DNA from: Lingula anatina
Lineage: Eukaryota > Animalia > Brachiopoda
Assembly: GCA_051362555.1 (NCBI GenBank)
Contig: CM120644.1
Location: 25,442,534-25,506,533 of the forward strand
Reading direction: 5' to 3'
Length of the DNA: 64,000 bases
Part shown: piece after piece, positions 62,424 through 64,000 of the stretch
Numbering within the stretch: position 1 is the stretch's first letter
Layout of the letters: every line of letters starts with the position of its first letter
The notes under the pieces: model-generated
The model's input: the letters and a program-made list of their open reading frames with translations, nothing else
Told to the model about the DNA's origin: nothing
Databases searched by the model: none
Program-made: the position numbers and the translations under genes

Positions 62424-63885
62424 ATGAAATTTTTGCTTTTTGCCTGGTCGCTTTTTATGCTTCTCGCGTTAGAGCAGGTGTATGCCAGTGAGAGCGAGGA
62501 GACACCACCCGGACTGAGGTTAAAGAAGGAAAAAATTCCCCAGAACGGAAGACTAAAGAACATGAAAAGGGAAAACCCCGCAGAAATGAAAAAGATGATG
62601 AAGGCAAAAGGCCTGATAGACATCTCTGAGGAGGAAGGTTTAGGTACGTAGCGGGCTTATAGTCCCTGTTACGTTTCTTAATACTTGTTTCTTAAACCAC
62701 TCAAATAGTGTCCATTTGGCAAATCGATGATATTTGATAGCATCTGTTTATCAAAGTTGTTGTTATCACTTTGCAGTTCTATTTTCAGTGCCTCTGATCA
62801 CCCCCACGGATGGTACGGCTGTTCCCAATGAATACATTGCCCGCCTTCTGCCTGGTGGCAAGTACGGAAGAAGTAGGTGCACCGCTTTAAATTGTTGCAA
62901 AATTCTATTCCGTACAATTTAGTTTCATTTCCGCACTTATGCTTAGTAGTAAACAACTATCTTTAAGGAGCAGAACGCCCCACATACATCTACCTTGCAT
63001 GTACCTCAATGAGCGTATTCAGAACCAGTTGATCCCAGGACCAACTAGTCCGTGGATCGAATATTACGCGCTCTTCACAATGGATTCCCGCTTCCCCCTC
63101 GCGCTGTCCCGGCAGTGGCAGACCAATTAAATCTCGACACGCTTTCAAGTGGTTCGCGTCATATTTGATTCTCTCACATGTAGGTCCGCGGATCATCTGG
63201 TTTATAACGCGCCCCACGAGCAAAGACAAAACCTTGGCAATTGACATGCACCCGAAGACTGGCAGCGTAATGTGCTAAAATATTCAGAAATCCAAGAATT
63301 CTAAAATTTGAGTAAAGATGATAAGCGACAGGAAAGAACCTTCCTTTAGTCCGGTTGCAGATACATTATTCCTATACAAACCTGTAATATATGGTATTTG
63401 ATGGCGTTTTGTGTTTATCTGTCAGAATACATGTAGCACAAAAGAGAAATTTACAATTTGGTGCCAAAACTAGTTACATAGTCTTTACTAAAAGGCATAC
63501 CTGTTTTACTCGCGATTTATAGGGTACATAAGATTTTTTAAACCAAAAAGAAAATGAATTACTTAATAGATTACTTTCAAAACGATATAAGAACAGATTA
63601 CAAGATAGTATAAAATCAGTTATAATCTGTATGCAGATGTGTCTGCTATAAGATGCAGTTAACCGTACTTTTAAGTCTTTTGTCGTTTTAAATATCGAGA
63701 TTAGGTTATAAAATATCTTATTTCATAATCAATATATTCTACCTGCCCGTTTTACACTTACAATGTACAGTTTTAAATCATATTCCCCTCACAGTTCGTC
63801 GCATCCTGAAAGGAAAAGGTTCCAAAGAAAGAGTGAAGTTCAACAGAAAAAGCAGCTACGTCATTCTTAGGGATATAAATGCTAG
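62424..63885 (+). CDS. Putative secreted protein, first two coding exons (gene continues past the window)
   Basis: Exon 62424-62643 (MKFLLFAWSLFMLLALEQVYA signal peptide, then a charged region) ends at TAG|GTACGT, phase 1. Exon 63795-63885 follows ttcccctcacag, is open in the matching phase (VRRILKGKGSKERVKFNRKSSYVILRDINA) and ends at AG|GTATGA. Confidence 0.6.
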
Positions 63886-64000
63886 GTATGATTTTCGTCA
63901 ACTCTCTCCTTTTCCATGGAGAACACTGGTTCAGACTTACGTGACCATTTGATTTGGTATAATATTCGTTATTTGATTATTTTCTTATTTTTCTTACAAT

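Overview
Repeat-rich animal genomic DNA with GT-AG introns, probably an invertebrate (lophotrochozoan-like; this is inference). I reconstructed four host genes by hand: (1) a 6-exon short-chain dehydrogenase/reductase of the retinol dehydrogenase type (+, 2213-6175, 308 aa); (2) a class A GPCR with an intronless CDS (-, 14272-15468); (3) a 9-exon GTPBP10/ObgH2 mitochondrial GTPase (-, 50955-58196, 392 aa); (4) the first two coding exons of a secreted protein (+, from 62424). Mobile DNA includes the 5' end of a Ty3/Gypsy LTR element, a decayed Tc1/mariner, a 5.7-kb long-TIR (Academ-like) DNA transposon with a 3-bp TSD, LINE remnants and several MITEs. There are many minisatellites and a 6.3-kb 28-bp satellite. 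The most striking pattern is that in both multi-exon genes many tandem arrays are not generic minisatellites. They are amplifications of the exon-intron junctions themselves, giving up to 14 copies of a donor site and 4 copies of an acceptor. GTPBP10 intron 3 is built almost entirely of copies of its two flanking junctions. The strongly amplified junctions all read AG|GT, and two arrays are in frame and stop-free. All coordinates and translations were read manually; no database search was run.
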